Shown: positions 1-8,271, counted from the stretch's first letter. The stretch: DNA of 32,000 bases from Telmatocola sphagniphila (GCF_018398935.1 NZ_CP074694.1:390001-422000), one strand, 5' to 3'. Translations and numbers: made by a program. Notes: generated by a model not told the origin, from the sequence alone.

Positions 1-13
1 GACATCTTGAGCT

Positions 14-838
14 TTAGCTTCCATGCCGTTTGCTCCAGCGTTCCAGAAGATTGATCGTGACCAGCAAAAGAAACGAGAAACTCAACAGCACGACGGCGAT
101 GGCTGCCGCTTCCCGGTAGGAGAATTCTTCGAGCCGAGCCACGATGAGGGATGGGGCAATCTCCGTTTTGGAAGGGATGTTGCTGGAAATGAACACCACC
201 GAGCCATATTCCCCAATAGACCGGGCGAAGGCGAGCGTGAAACCGGTCAGAGCAGGGGGGATCAGAGTTGGCAGGAGCACCCGCCGGAAGCTCTGCCAGC
301 GGTCCGCGCCGAGAATGCCCGCCGCTTCTTCCACTTCGCTGTCGATTTCTTCGAGCACCGGTTGCACCGTTCGCACGACGAAAGGAAAGCCGGTGAATAT
401 CAAAACCAGCACGATGCCGAATTGAGAATACGCTCCTTCAATTCCCAGTGGAACTAAAAACTGACCAAACCAGCCATCCTTCACATACAGGCTGGCGTAG
501 ACCAGGCCCGCCACGGCGGTCGGCAGGGCGAAGGGCACATCCACCAGGGCATCGATCACGCGTTTTAATGGAAATTCATACCGCACGAGAGACCAGGCGA
601 CAATCAGACCCAAGACCGTGTTGACCAGTGCGGCAATCAGAGACAGGCTGAAGGTCAGCTTGTAAGCAGCAATCGCTCGGGGAGTCCAGACCGCCGCGAT
701 GAAATCTCGAACTCCCAATTCCGAAGCTTTGAGAAAGCAGGCCAGCAAAGGAATGAGGACTAACAGACTGAGATAGGAAACCGTGTAACCCAGGCCGAGC
801 GAGTAGCCGGGCAGTATATTTCGATTGGCTGAACTCAA
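14..838 (-). CDS. cysT: Sulfate/thiosulfate ABC transporter permease CysT
   Basis: 274-aa polytopic ORF. By eye it matches E. coli CysT along its length (ILPGYSLGLG, PFALPTAVAG, FPFVVRTVQPVLEE, EEAAxxLGAxRWQSF EAA-loop). It lies directly downstream of the sulfate-binding protein gene. A complement ATG at 3..5 hints that the next permease gene starts at the window edge. Confidence 0.9.
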   Translation of the reverse strand: MSSANRNILPGYSLGLGYTVSYLSLLVLIPLLACFLKASELGVRDFIAAVWTPRAIAAYKLTFSLSLIAALVNTVLGLIVAWSLVRYEFPLKRVIDALVDVPFALPTAVAGLVYASLYVKDGWFGQFLVPLGIEGAYSQFGIVLVLIFTGFPFVVRTVQPVLEEIDSEVEEAAGILGADRWQSFRRVLLPTLIPPALTGFTLAFARSIGEYGSVVFISSNIPSKTEIAPSLIVARLEEFSYREAAAIAVVLLSFSFLLLVTINLLERWSKRHGS

Positions 839-888
839 ATTTTACTCCGCAAAAGCATCCAAGCCGAGGATCCTTCACACTGTCTTGA

Positions 889-1908
889 TCAGGGCCGGGC
901 ATAGATTCCATCGAACACGCCGTTCTCGGCAAAGAACTTCTTCTGAATCGCATCCCAGTTTGGGGCGATCAGGGTGGAAGGAAAAAGGTCGATTGGCGGG
1001 AAGCGATCGGTATAGCGCTTCCAGATTTTCTCGTTGGTCGGCCGATAGAAGTGCTGGGCAATCACTTCCTGGGCCTCTTCCGTGTAGAGGAATTTCAAAT
1101 ATTCCTCGGCCACCACTTTGGTCTTTTTTCGAATCACGTTAGCATCCACAACGGCCACATGCGGTTCGGCCAGAATGCTGGTTTTCGGATAGATGATTTC
1201 CAGTTCGCCCTTCGCTTCCTGCGCTTCCAGATACGCTTCGTTTTCCCAGGTGAGATGGACATCGCCGATCTTTTTGGTCGCAAACGTCATCGTCGCTCCA
1301 CGCGCGGCGGCGTCCAGAACAGGTACATTTTTGTAGAGTCGGGTGACGAAATCGAGAGCATCGTTTTCCGTGCCCCCCTGTTTGAGAATCGCCCCCCAGG
1401 CAGCCAGAAAGCTCCATTTGCCATTCCCGGAAGTCTTGGGATTGGGAGTGATGACGCTGATGTCCGACTTCGTCAGGTCCGACCAGTCTTTGATGCCTTT
1501 GGGATTCCCTTTTCGCACCACAAAAACGATCGTCGAAACATAGGGAAGCGATCGATTCGGCAGCCGATCCTCCCAGCCCGGTTCGATCAGACCGGCCTTG
1601 CGAACGGCATCGGTATCCGACCACAAGGCGAGTGTAATCACGTCGGCATCGAGGCCGTCGATCACGGCACGGGCCTGGCTGCCCGAACCGCCGTGCGACT
1701 GGCGGATCGAGACTTTTTGCCCTTTTTCCTCGGCGAATTTACGGATAAACCGCTCGTTGATGTCTTTCCACAATTCCCGGGTGGGATCGCAGGCGACATT
1801 CAGCAGTTGAATTTCCGACGTGGTTCGAACCACCCCGGAAGCGAGGATCCACAGAGTGGACCCGAGGAGGTAGAGCGCCAGTAGGCCGAGGATAATTTTG
1901 CGTGTCAT
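889..1908 (-). CDS. sbp: Sulfate ABC transporter periplasmic substrate-binding protein (Sbp/CysP family)
   Basis: 339-aa ORF with a hydrophobic N-terminal signal or anchor. Motifs match E. coli Sbp by eye (LLNVxxDPTRELW, SHGGSGSQA, ADVITLAL, STIVFVVRKGNPKGIKDW, ITPNPKTSGNGKW, WENEA). It is in an operon with cysT. Confidence 0.9.
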   Translation of the reverse strand: MTRKIILGLLALYLLGSTLWILASGVVRTTSEIQLLNVACDPTRELWKDINERFIRKFAEEKGQKVSIRQSHGGSGSQARAVIDGLDADVITLALWSDTDAVRKAGLIEPGWEDRLPNRSLPYVSTIVFVVRKGNPKGIKDWSDLTKSDISVITPNPKTSGNGKWSFLAAWGAILKQGGTENDALDFVTRLYKNVPVLDAAARGATMTFATKKIGDVHLTWENEAYLEAQEAKGELEIIYPKTSILAEPHVAVVDANVIRKKTKVVAEEYLKFLYTEEAQEVIAQHFYRPTNEKIWKRYTDRFPPIDLFPSTLIAPNWDAIQKKFFAENGVFDGIYARP

Positions 1909-1945
1909 GGGAATTCACTTTTCTTCGTATGTGTACAATCTACGA

Positions 1946-2419
1946 ATGGAATCGAAATACGACGAAGCCACGGCGTACCACGAGGCCGGTCATGCGGTCG
2001 TGGCACTAGCATTGGATCGGCCCGTAGCCAAGGTCAGTATCATCGCCGGTCGGGAATTTCTCGGAGTTTGCCATTTTCAAAAAGGGGTGAGCCGAGCTTC
2101 CATCGACCTGTTGGAACGGGAGATCCTGATTGCCCTGGGGGGTATCGCTGCAGAGGCTCGTAGGACCGGGCATTTCGACCGAGCGGGGGCCGGTCGCGAT
2201 TTGCGTACGGTTCGAAAGCTCGCTCTGGAGCGTGTGAGTGAACGGCAACTCGAGCGTTATGAACGTCGCATGTTCAGTAAGGTGGAGAACCTACTTGCGG
2301 AAGTAGAGAACTGGCTGGCTGTAGAACTGATCGCCGCGGAATTGATGAAGCAGGGGATGATCAGCGGGCGGGCGGCGAAGCATTTATTTGAGCAGGCCGG
2401 GCGGAAAGCAGAGGAATGA
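1946..2419 (+). CDS. Stand-alone FtsH-like (peptidase M41-like) HEXXH domain protein, no AAA+ module
   Basis: Start chosen at ATG 1946, because the ORF-track start at 1898 would overlap the divergent sbp start. YHEAGHAVV matches the FtsH protease-domain zinc site context. It is followed by LGGIAAE and a GAGRDL segment resembling the third-ligand Asp region. There is no Walker motif and no TM segment. Confidence 0.55.
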   Translation: MESKYDEATAYHEAGHAVVALALDRPVAKVSIIAGREFLGVCHFQKGVSRASIDLLEREILIALGGIAAEARRTGHFDRAGAGRDLRTVRKLALERVSERQLERYERRMFSKVENLLAEVENWLAVELIAAELMKQGMISGRAAKHLFEQAGRKAEE

Positions 2420-2544
2420 TCATGCTTTCTAGCGGTTGGAAAGCTTTTTAAGTTGGCTTGCTCCAAGAATTCAGCAGTTACACATCATGGGTTGTGAGTA
2501 TAATTTCTTCTGACTTAACCCGATATCTTTGGAAAGAAGCCCCC

Positions 2545-2976
2545 ATGTCGAATGATCACCTGAAGCTGATGCGAGTAATTATGGCATTATCGATCGTGGG
2601 CGGGCTATGCCTTTGCGCCGCGACTTTGGATCGAGTCGGTTACACATCTTCCAATAGAGGAATTAATATTGTTCTGCCTTTTGGCCAGACGTTTCCATTG
2701 AACAATTCGATGCCGAACACAAACTCAATCGAATTGGATCGGACAGTAGTACTGATCATTTGTGGGCTCTGGTTGCTAGCCTACTGGCTCCCTGCTCTGA
2801 TCGCACATTGCAGACATCACCCCAATGAAGTGCTTATCTTTTGGATTAATCTCCTGTTAGGGATAACCGGAATCGGTTGGTTGGCCGCGTTGGGTTGGGC
2901 GCTAGTGGATGGAGGCAAGCCGCAACAAGTAGTCCTGATTCAGCCCCCGACTGAAGGAAAAGAGAGAGGGGAGTAG
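2545..2976 (+). CDS. Membrane protein with C-terminal superinfection-immunity-like (Imm_superinfect, PF14373-like) domain
   Basis: Start chosen at ATG 2545, preceded by GGAAAGAAG. There is an N-terminal TM (VIMALSIVGGLCLCAATL). The C-terminal WLPALIAHCRHHPNEVLIFWINLLLGITGIGWLAALGWAL resembles the Imm_superinfect consensus as recalled from memory. Confidence 0.6.
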   Translation: MSNDHLKLMRVIMALSIVGGLCLCAATLDRVGYTSSNRGINIVLPFGQTFPLNNSMPNTNSIELDRTVVLIICGLWLLAYWLPALIAHCRHHPNEVLIFWINLLLGITGIGWLAALGWALVDGGKPQQVVLIQPPTEGKERGE

Positions 2977-2999
2977 GAGATAAGACTCAGGCGAAAATT

Positions 3000-3518
3000 T
3001 CAATCGAGCTTTTTCCAGTAGATCTTGGTGGCCGTGTAGCCGCCGAGCGGTTTTAAGGCAAAATCGGGAATCGAACCGGCCAGAATATAGCCCACTTTTT
3101 CGTAGAGTCCGGATGCTCCGCCATCGGCCGCAGTGTCGAGGACTAGCAAGGTCTTTTGATGTTCCCGTGCAAGCTTCTCGGCTTCTAAAAGGAGAGCTTT
3201 GGCGATCCCCCGACCCCGACAGATGGGGAGGGTCATCATCTTGGCAATCTCACCCCGGTGCGGTTGATTGGGGGCGCAGTCGAGCTGCAATGTAACGGTG
3301 CCCAGAATCTTCCCTCTATCACAGGCTGCGAGGATAATTCGCTCCTGGCGTTCCGCCGCCCGGAAGGAATTTTCCCAGAAGGTGCGGGCTTGCTGCAAGG
3401 GCAGAGGATGCAGGAACGTCACCGAGCCATTATTCGCAACAACTTCCACAAGGATCTCGGCGAGTTGATCGCAAATCTCGGGTGAGTAGTTCAAACGCTT
3501 GATCTCGAAATCGTGCAT
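3000..3518 (-). CDS. GNAT family N-acetyltransferase
   Basis: 172-aa ORF with an acetyl-CoA-binding motif, RGRGIAKALLLEAEKLARE (R/Q-x-x-G-x-G/A). Size and layout are typical of GNAT proteins. It begins 3 nt downstream of the XRE-cupin gene. Confidence 0.8.
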   Translation of the reverse strand: MHDFEIKRLNYSPEICDQLAEILVEVVANNGSVTFLHPLPLQQARTFWENSFRAAERQERIILAACDRGKILGTVTLQLDCAPNQPHRGEIAKMMTLPICRGRGIAKALLLEAEKLAREHQKTLLVLDTAADGGASGLYEKVGYILAGSIPDFALKPLGGYTATKIYWKKLD

Positions 3519-3521
3519 GAC

Positions 3522-4088
3522 TCAACTCCGTGACACGGCCACCAAATAGGTGCAAGGTTTTTCGCTCTCATTGGCGATCGTGACTTCCGAAGGTGGTCCA
3601 AAACCTAGACAATCGCCTACCGCGAGTTCATGGCGTGTGCTCGCTTCGTCGATCACCAGTCGGCCTTTGATCACCCAGATCACCTGTCGGATTCGGGCAT
3701 AGGAAGAGGGCGGGAAAACAATTTTTTTTCGAGCGGGCAATTCCACTTTTACCAGCTCCAGCGGATTATCGGCTTGGCAGAAGACTTGCGTGCGCAGATA
3801 ACCGGTTTCCGGATCCCTCCAAGTCGGCTGGCGCTTCACTTTGCTGAGTCGTTCGCCGTTTCCTTCCGCTCGAATCAGCAACCCGGCCAGTGTGAGATCA
3901 AACGCCCCAGCCAGTCGAACCAGGATCACCGCACTGGGGCTCATTTCTTCCCGTTCAATTTTGCTGATGGTGGCCTTGGCCACACCGGACTTGTCGGCGA
4001 GATCTTTCAGGGACCAGCCTCTCACGGTTCGTTCCAGGCGAATTCGCTGGGCGATCAGGACACTGGTATCGTCTATTTTAGTAGCCAT
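3522..4088 (-). CDS. XRE-family HTH transcriptional regulator with C-terminal cupin domain
   Basis: Start chosen at the complement ATG at 4086..4088 (MATKIDD). The N-terminus has an XRE HTH (IAQRIRLERTVRGWSLKDLADKSGVAKATISKIEREEMSPS). The C-terminal half is beta-rich and cupin-like (VELPARKKIVFPPSSYARIRQVIWVIKGRLVI), as in PuuR/SutR-type regulators. Confidence 0.8.
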   Translation of the reverse strand: MATKIDDTSVLIAQRIRLERTVRGWSLKDLADKSGVAKATISKIEREEMSPSAVILVRLAGAFDLTLAGLLIRAEGNGERLSKVKRQPTWRDPETGYLRTQVFCQADNPLELVKVELPARKKIVFPPSSYARIRQVIWVIKGRLVIDEASTRHELAVGDCLGFGPPSEVTIANESEKPCTYLVAVSRS

Positions 4089-4269
4089 GCGTCTTTTATA
4101 GTGGATGAAATATTGAAGCTCAATAGGGATATGCAAATTGCTAGTTGGCAAAATGGTTCCTATCTTCTCTGCCGAAATTGGAGCGGTGCATAGACCTACT
4201 CACTTCCATCCCGTAAATTGGTGCAGAACGAGCTTGTTACATCTCCTTGCATGTGAAAAGGAAATCCGA

Positions 4270-6099
4270 ATGCGACAAATTCCCCGGCTCTTCCTGGCAA
4301 GTGTTACGCTTCTGATTATCCAGTTTGAAATCTCACAAGCCGGTGATTTGTCGCCCGCAAAATGGAACGCCGCTGAGCGGGAGCAAGCCGAGAAACGGGA
4401 AACCGGAGGTTGGTCTCCCAGCGCAAATCGCTCGATATCGAGTAAAGAAGGAGTCATTTCGGCCATCGCCTCTCCGATCGCGGTTCAGGCGGGAATCGAA
4501 GCGCTCCGTCAGGGAGGCACAGCCGCCGATGCCGCCGGTACAATCGCTCTAACGCAAATCACAACTCAACTCGGCTCGGTAGTCTCCTACGCCGGGATTA
4601 TGACTATGGTCTACTACGACGCGAAAACGGGCAAAGTCTATTCGCTCGATGCCGGCTATCAAACCTATCGGAATGAAACCGACCCCCAGACGATTCCCCA
4701 GGCCGATATGGGACCGCTCAATCAGACTTTCAAAGATCTTCGCAAAAACGAAAAAGATGAGCTGGACAAATTACCCGCCAAAGGGCGCGAGACTTTAGTG
4801 CCCGGCTTTATGGCCGGGGTGGAAGCCCTTCACCAAAAATTCGGACGGCTTCCTTTCCCGGACCTTTTTCAACCGGCCATCTGGTACGCGGAGCAAGGGG
4901 TGAAAGTGAATGCTTCGCTCGCCGGATGTTTCCAACTGCGGAAAAGCTTTCTGATGAGAACTCCCGAGGGCAAAGTCTTTCTGCATCAGGCCGGTAATGA
5001 AGTGCCCACGAAAGGCGATCTGTTCAAGCAACCGGAACTGGCAAATACCTTGCGGCAGGTTGCCAAGGAAGGCGCCCAATACATGTATAGCGGCGCGTGG
5101 GGGCGGGAGTTCGTCAAAACGATTCAACGCGAAGGGGGCAAGGTTTTGCCGGAAGATCTGACGAATTATCGGGTGATTTGGAGTGAACCCCATTCGACCG
5201 AGTTCGCAGGGCATCGCGTTTACACTGCCGGTGAACCGAGCTATTCCGCCTATAACATTTTCCCCGCACTGAATCTAATCGAGGAATTCGATCTCATCAA
5301 ACGGCCGCCGTTCTGGAAAGCGGCCGGATCGCTTATGGATATGCAAAGGATCAACAATGCAATCTCGGGAGCACCTGCTATCGATGCTCGGTTCCTTAAA
5401 CTTTTGAAAGAAAAGAAGATCGACGCCTCCCCAGCCGCTCAGTTGACCAAGGCGTATGCCAAGAGCATCAAGCCTCTAATCGATGAATCAGCCGGGAGCC
5501 CTTCAAACGATCCGCACCATTCCAATTCGATAGTAGTTGTGGATAAATACGGGAATATTGCCGCGATCACACACACGATTAATTCAGTGATCTGGGGAGA
5601 CACTGGTATCGTCGTGGGAGGGATTCCGATTCCTGATTCCGCCGGCTTTCAACAAGCCCGGTTGGCCACCCTCAAACCGGGAAGTCGATTACCGAATGAA
5701 ATGGTACAGACGATTGTCCTCGAAGGAAACAAACCGATCCTGGCAACCGCGGCCATCGGCGCGGCTCTGATTCCCGAAACGATCAAGTTGATCTTGAGCG
5801 TGGCCGGGCAGGGCCTGAGTCTGGAGGAAGTGCAGGCCGCGCCGGCGTATCTGAGCGATTATAGCCCTCTCACAAAGCCGGAGGGGGCTCGGAGTCTGGC
5901 TGTGTCACTACCGGAAGGGCTTTACGGATCTGAGCTCCTTAACGAACTGGAAGCGAAAAAAGTGAAAGTGAAAATCGTTCCCAGTCAGATGGCGGCCGGT
6001 TTGCGAGGCACTGTGGCCGCGGTGAAAATCGATCCGAAAACTGGAGTGCGCTCGACTACTGAGACTCAGAAGGTGTTGCTCTACGGCGGGGGGCAGTGA
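4270..6099 (+). CDS. Gamma-glutamyltransferase (GGT/Ntn-hydrolase) family protein, secreted
   Basis: Start chosen at ATG 4270, which gives a signal peptide (MRQIPRLFLASVTLLIIQFEISQA). GGT-like blocks are present: ASPIAVQAGIEALRQGGTAADAA, TLVPGFMAG, LANTLRQVAKEGAQYMYSGAW, and SIVVVDKYGNIAAITHTINS at the expected autoprocessing site. Confidence 0.8.
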   Translation: MRQIPRLFLASVTLLIIQFEISQAGDLSPAKWNAAEREQAEKRETGGWSPSANRSISSKEGVISAIASPIAVQAGIEALRQGGTAADAAGTIALTQITTQLGSVVSYAGIMTMVYYDAKTGKVYSLDAGYQTYRNETDPQTIPQADMGPLNQTFKDLRKNEKDELDKLPAKGRETLVPGFMAGVEALHQKFGRLPFPDLFQPAIWYAEQGVKVNASLAGCFQLRKSFLMRTPEGKVFLHQAGNEVPTKGDLFKQPELANTLRQVAKEGAQYMYSGAWGREFVKTIQREGGKVLPEDLTNYRVIWSEPHSTEFAGHRVYTAGEPSYSAYNIFPALNLIEEFDLIKRPPFWKAAGSLMDMQRINNAISGAPAIDARFLKLLKEKKIDASPAAQLTKAYAKSIKPLIDESAGSPSNDPHHSNSIVVVDKYGNIAAITHTINSVIWGDTGIVVGGIPIPDSAGFQQARLATLKPGSRLPNEMVQTIVLEGNKPILATAAIGAALIPETIKLILSVAGQGLSLEEVQAAPAYLSDYSPLTKPEGARSLAVSLPEGLYGSELLNELEAKKVKVKIVPSQMAAGLRGTVAAVKIDPKTGVRSTTETQKVLLYGGGQ

Positions 6100-6105
6100 G
6101 CAAAG

Positions 6106-6149
6106 AGCTTTCAGCTATCAGCTATCAGCTATCAGCTTTCAGCTTTCAG
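6106..6149. repeat. Short heptanucleotide tandem repeat AGCT[A/T]TC, about 6 units
   Basis: Read directly as AGCTTTC AGCTATC AGCTATC AGCTATC AGCTTTC AGCTTTC AG. It starts 6 nt after the GGT stop codon (6097..6099). Confidence 0.9.
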
Positions 6150-6244
6150 TTAAGCCTGCCAGGGAATCACAGATTTTTGTTTAGCTATTCATGGAGTGCA
6201 ATCAAAATCTGCCTTGAAAATTTGAGTGGGAACGACAACTTTAT

Positions 6245-6596
6245 CTGCTGACTGCTGACTGCTGACTGCTGACTGCTGACTGCTGACTGCTGACTGCTGA
6301 CTGCTGACTGCTGACTGCTGACTGCTGACTGCTGACTGCTGACTGCTGACTGCTGACTGCTGACTGCTGACTGCTGACTGCTGACTGCTGACTGCTGACT
6401 GCTGACTGCTGACTGCTGACTGCTGACTGCTGACTGCTGACTGCTGACTGCTGACTGCTGACTGCTGACTGCTGACTGCTGACTGCTGACTGCTGACTGC
6501 TGACTGCTGACTGCTGACTGCTGACTGCTGACTGCTGACTGCTGACTGCTGACTGCTGACTGCTGACTGCTGACTGCTGACTGCTGACTGCTGACT
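6245..6596. repeat. Perfect heptanucleotide microsatellite (GCTGACT)x50, AGTCAGC on the minus strand
   Basis: Phase was checked line by line. Units run in register from 6247 to 6596 (350 nt, 50 units) with a partial CT at 6245..6246, and no variant unit was seen. The last unit base overlaps the TAA stop of the minus-strand gene 6596..6973. Confidence 0.97.
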
Positions 6597-6973
6597 TACT
6601 CGTCCTCGGCCGAAAGATCCTCTTGATGCAAGTCGGCCACAAATTTCTCCGCAGCGTCCCGATTCTTCCTTGCGACGCTGAATTCCACCCGGCCGTGACT
6701 CATGCCGGGAATATCTTTGAGAGTTTCGATCCGAGCGGCCTGCAGAACGATGGTCACTCCCATCCAGCTCGTACCCAACCACCCTTTAGTCAGCGTGACC
6801 GAAATCAATTCCTTCAGCGGGATGCTCACTTTTCGTATTCCCGATTTGAGGACACCGGCCAGAGAATCGACTTTCTGGAATTCGATAGTGATGTTCGCCC
6901 CTTCATCCTGGAGCAATCCCTGGCATTCACCAAGTCCGCCGTACAGTTTGACAGTGAAAGGAACTGGGTTCAT
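6596..6973 (-). CDS. Hypothetical protein (125 aa), no recognised domain
   Basis: ORF with an ATG start and balanced composition. It is convergent with the GGT gene, and its stop codon abuts the heptamer array. No motif was recognised. Confidence 0.5.
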   Translation of the reverse strand: MNPVPFTVKLYGGLGECQGLLQDEGANITIEFQKVDSLAGVLKSGIRKVSIPLKELISVTLTKGWLGTSWMGVTIVLQAARIETLKDIPGMSHGRVEFSVARKNRDAAEKFVADLHQEDLSAEDE

Positions 6974-7328
6974 GGTCGCTTCTCCGTGGTCGGGCGAATG
7001 GACAATTTTTTGACTCGTTCGAAGTTTATTCGCGGCGGTATCACTTTGGTTTTAAGAAAAATGGCGATTTGCGTTGAGAGGAAGAAAATCAGAAATGGGG
7101 CGGATTTGGCTCGTTGGAGAGCCGCTTCCTATTCTCAGTATGGGTCACTTTACGGGTGAATGGGAACGATGTTGAATCTCCTCCGCTCGTGATTATAACG
7201 AATTGTAGCATTATCGCGATGTTTCGCGGTAAGCGATTCGATTCTAGCCTTCTTCCCTCCGACCCGCTCACCCCAGCGAGCAAAGGGAATCGAATCAAGT
7301 TCTGGTATCGGCTCCAACAAGGACTACC

Positions 7329-8213
7329 ATGCAAAGCAACTTCAATCGGCGAGATTTTTTGAAAGTCGGCGGCGGCAGTGCGCTGGCCGTCGGCTCCGTG
7401 GGAATGCTGAGTGCGGACGAATCGAAAAAACGCAAACCTCCGCGTAAGGCCATGATGTCGGCCACGATCGGCTACAAAGGATCGGTGCTCGAAAAGTTCA
7501 AAGCCCTGAAGGAGGCCGGTTTCGAAGGCGTGGAGCCGATGAGTCATATGAATCAGGAGGAAGTTGTCAAAGCCCTGGAAGAAACGGGTTTGAAGGCGGC
7601 TAGCGTGTGCTGCAGCACGCACTGGACCAAGCCGCTTTCGCATCCAGATCCCAAGGTGCGAGCCCAAAGCCGGGAAGGCGTGCAGCGTGCTCTCTCCGAT
7701 GCCAAGCGATATGGCGCGACTTCCGTTTTGCTCGTCCCCGGCATTGTGAATAAAGACGCCACCTACGACGAGTGCTTCAAACGTTCGGTCGGCGAGATTC
7801 GCCAACTGCTTCCCTACGCGAAAGAAGTCGGCGTAAAGCTGGCAATCGAGAACGTTTGGAATGATTTCATCACGAAGCCCGAACAGGCCACCGCATTTCT
7901 GGATGAGATTAACAGTGACATGGTCGGCTGGCATTTCGATATTGGCAATGTCATCCGATACGGGGCCCCCGAAGATTGGATTCCCGTTCTTGGCAAACGT
8001 ATTCTCAAGCTTCACATCAAGGAATACGGCAAGGTTAAAGGCTTCAATGTGAAGTTGTTCGAAGGCGACAACAAATGGCCGGCGATCATGAAAGCTCTGG
8101 ATGCGATCGGGTATGAAGGTTGGGGAATCTCGGAACAGCCCGGCGACCAATCGAAAGACGCGGCTTCAATGAAGGATCTGGCGAATCGAATGGATAAGGC
8201 GTTTGCGAGTTAG
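7329..8213 (+). CDS. Tat-signal sugar phosphate isomerase/epimerase (xylose isomerase-like TIM barrel) family protein
   Basis: There is an N-terminal twin-arginine signal (NRRDFLKVGGGSALAVGSVG). TIM-barrel blocks typical of the AP_endonuc_2/xylose-isomerase-like family are present (LAIENVWNDF, WHFDIGNV, LKLHIKEY). The longer antisense ORF 7089..8150 has no recognisable features. Confidence 0.85.
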   Translation: MQSNFNRRDFLKVGGGSALAVGSVGMLSADESKKRKPPRKAMMSATIGYKGSVLEKFKALKEAGFEGVEPMSHMNQEEVVKALEETGLKAASVCCSTHWTKPLSHPDPKVRAQSREGVQRALSDAKRYGATSVLLVPGIVNKDATYDECFKRSVGEIRQLLPYAKEVGVKLAIENVWNDFITKPEQATAFLDEINSDMVGWHFDIGNVIRYGAPEDWIPVLGKRILKLHIKEYGKVKGFNVKLFEGDNKWPAIMKALDAIGYEGWGISEQPGDQSKDAASMKDLANRMDKAFAS

Positions 8214-8271
8214 GGCGGGTTCCTGACTCTATATACATCTGTCAATCCACACGACCTGCAAACGATAAAAA

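Noticed and set aside
1-13. Start of a cysW-like gene (complement ATG at 3..5) downstream of cysT
   Set aside because: Only 5 nt are visible. This is plausible from the usual cysP-T-W-A order but cannot be supported as a feature from this window.
2512-2522. An 11-nt match (GACTTAACCCG) to the left junction of IS copy 1, as a possible solo IS end or preferred target
   Set aside because: By a rough estimate, an 11-mer repeat is expected many times by chance in 32 kb. The match does not extend into the IS terminal sequence beyond the first G.
1946-2976. Prophage or defence island around the Imm_superinfect-like gene
   Set aside because: There are no integrase, phage structural, restriction or other defence genes nearby. 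The flanks are ordinary metabolic genes (sulfate transport, GNAT, GGT).
3000-4088. The XRE-cupin regulator plus GNAT pair as a GNAT-type toxin-antitoxin module (TacT/AtaT-like)
   Set aside because: Known GNAT toxin systems pair with small RHH/DUF1778 antitoxins. Here the upstream protein is a 188-aa XRE-cupin, i.e. a ligand-sensing regulator typical of metabolic operons. Nothing in the sequence specifically supports toxin function.
6245-6596. CRISPR array
   Set aside because: The unit is 7 nt with no spacers, and no cas genes are nearby. It is a microsatellite, not a repeat-spacer array.
6189-6782. ORF-track ORFs 6189..6782 (197 aa) and 6241..6642 (133 aa) encoding (SAVSSQQ)n as real proteins
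   Set aside because: They exist only because (AGTCAGC)n has no stop in any minus-strand frame. Their N-terminal parts overlap the 6596..6973 gene out of frame and look like Arg/Gly-rich noise. There is no independent start context. The possibility of a fusion or read-through product is kept as a separate low-weight finding.
7089-8150. Long antisense ORFs: 7089..8150, 24550..25782, 11739..12671, 1051..1884, 9773..10504, and the alternative-frame 12830..13816 / 30255..31241
   Set aside because: Each lies opposite to, or out of frame with, a gene that has clear family motifs. Their translations are Arg/Gly/Pro-rich or low-complexity with no recognisable motif, which is typical of spurious ORFs on the opposite strand of real genes.
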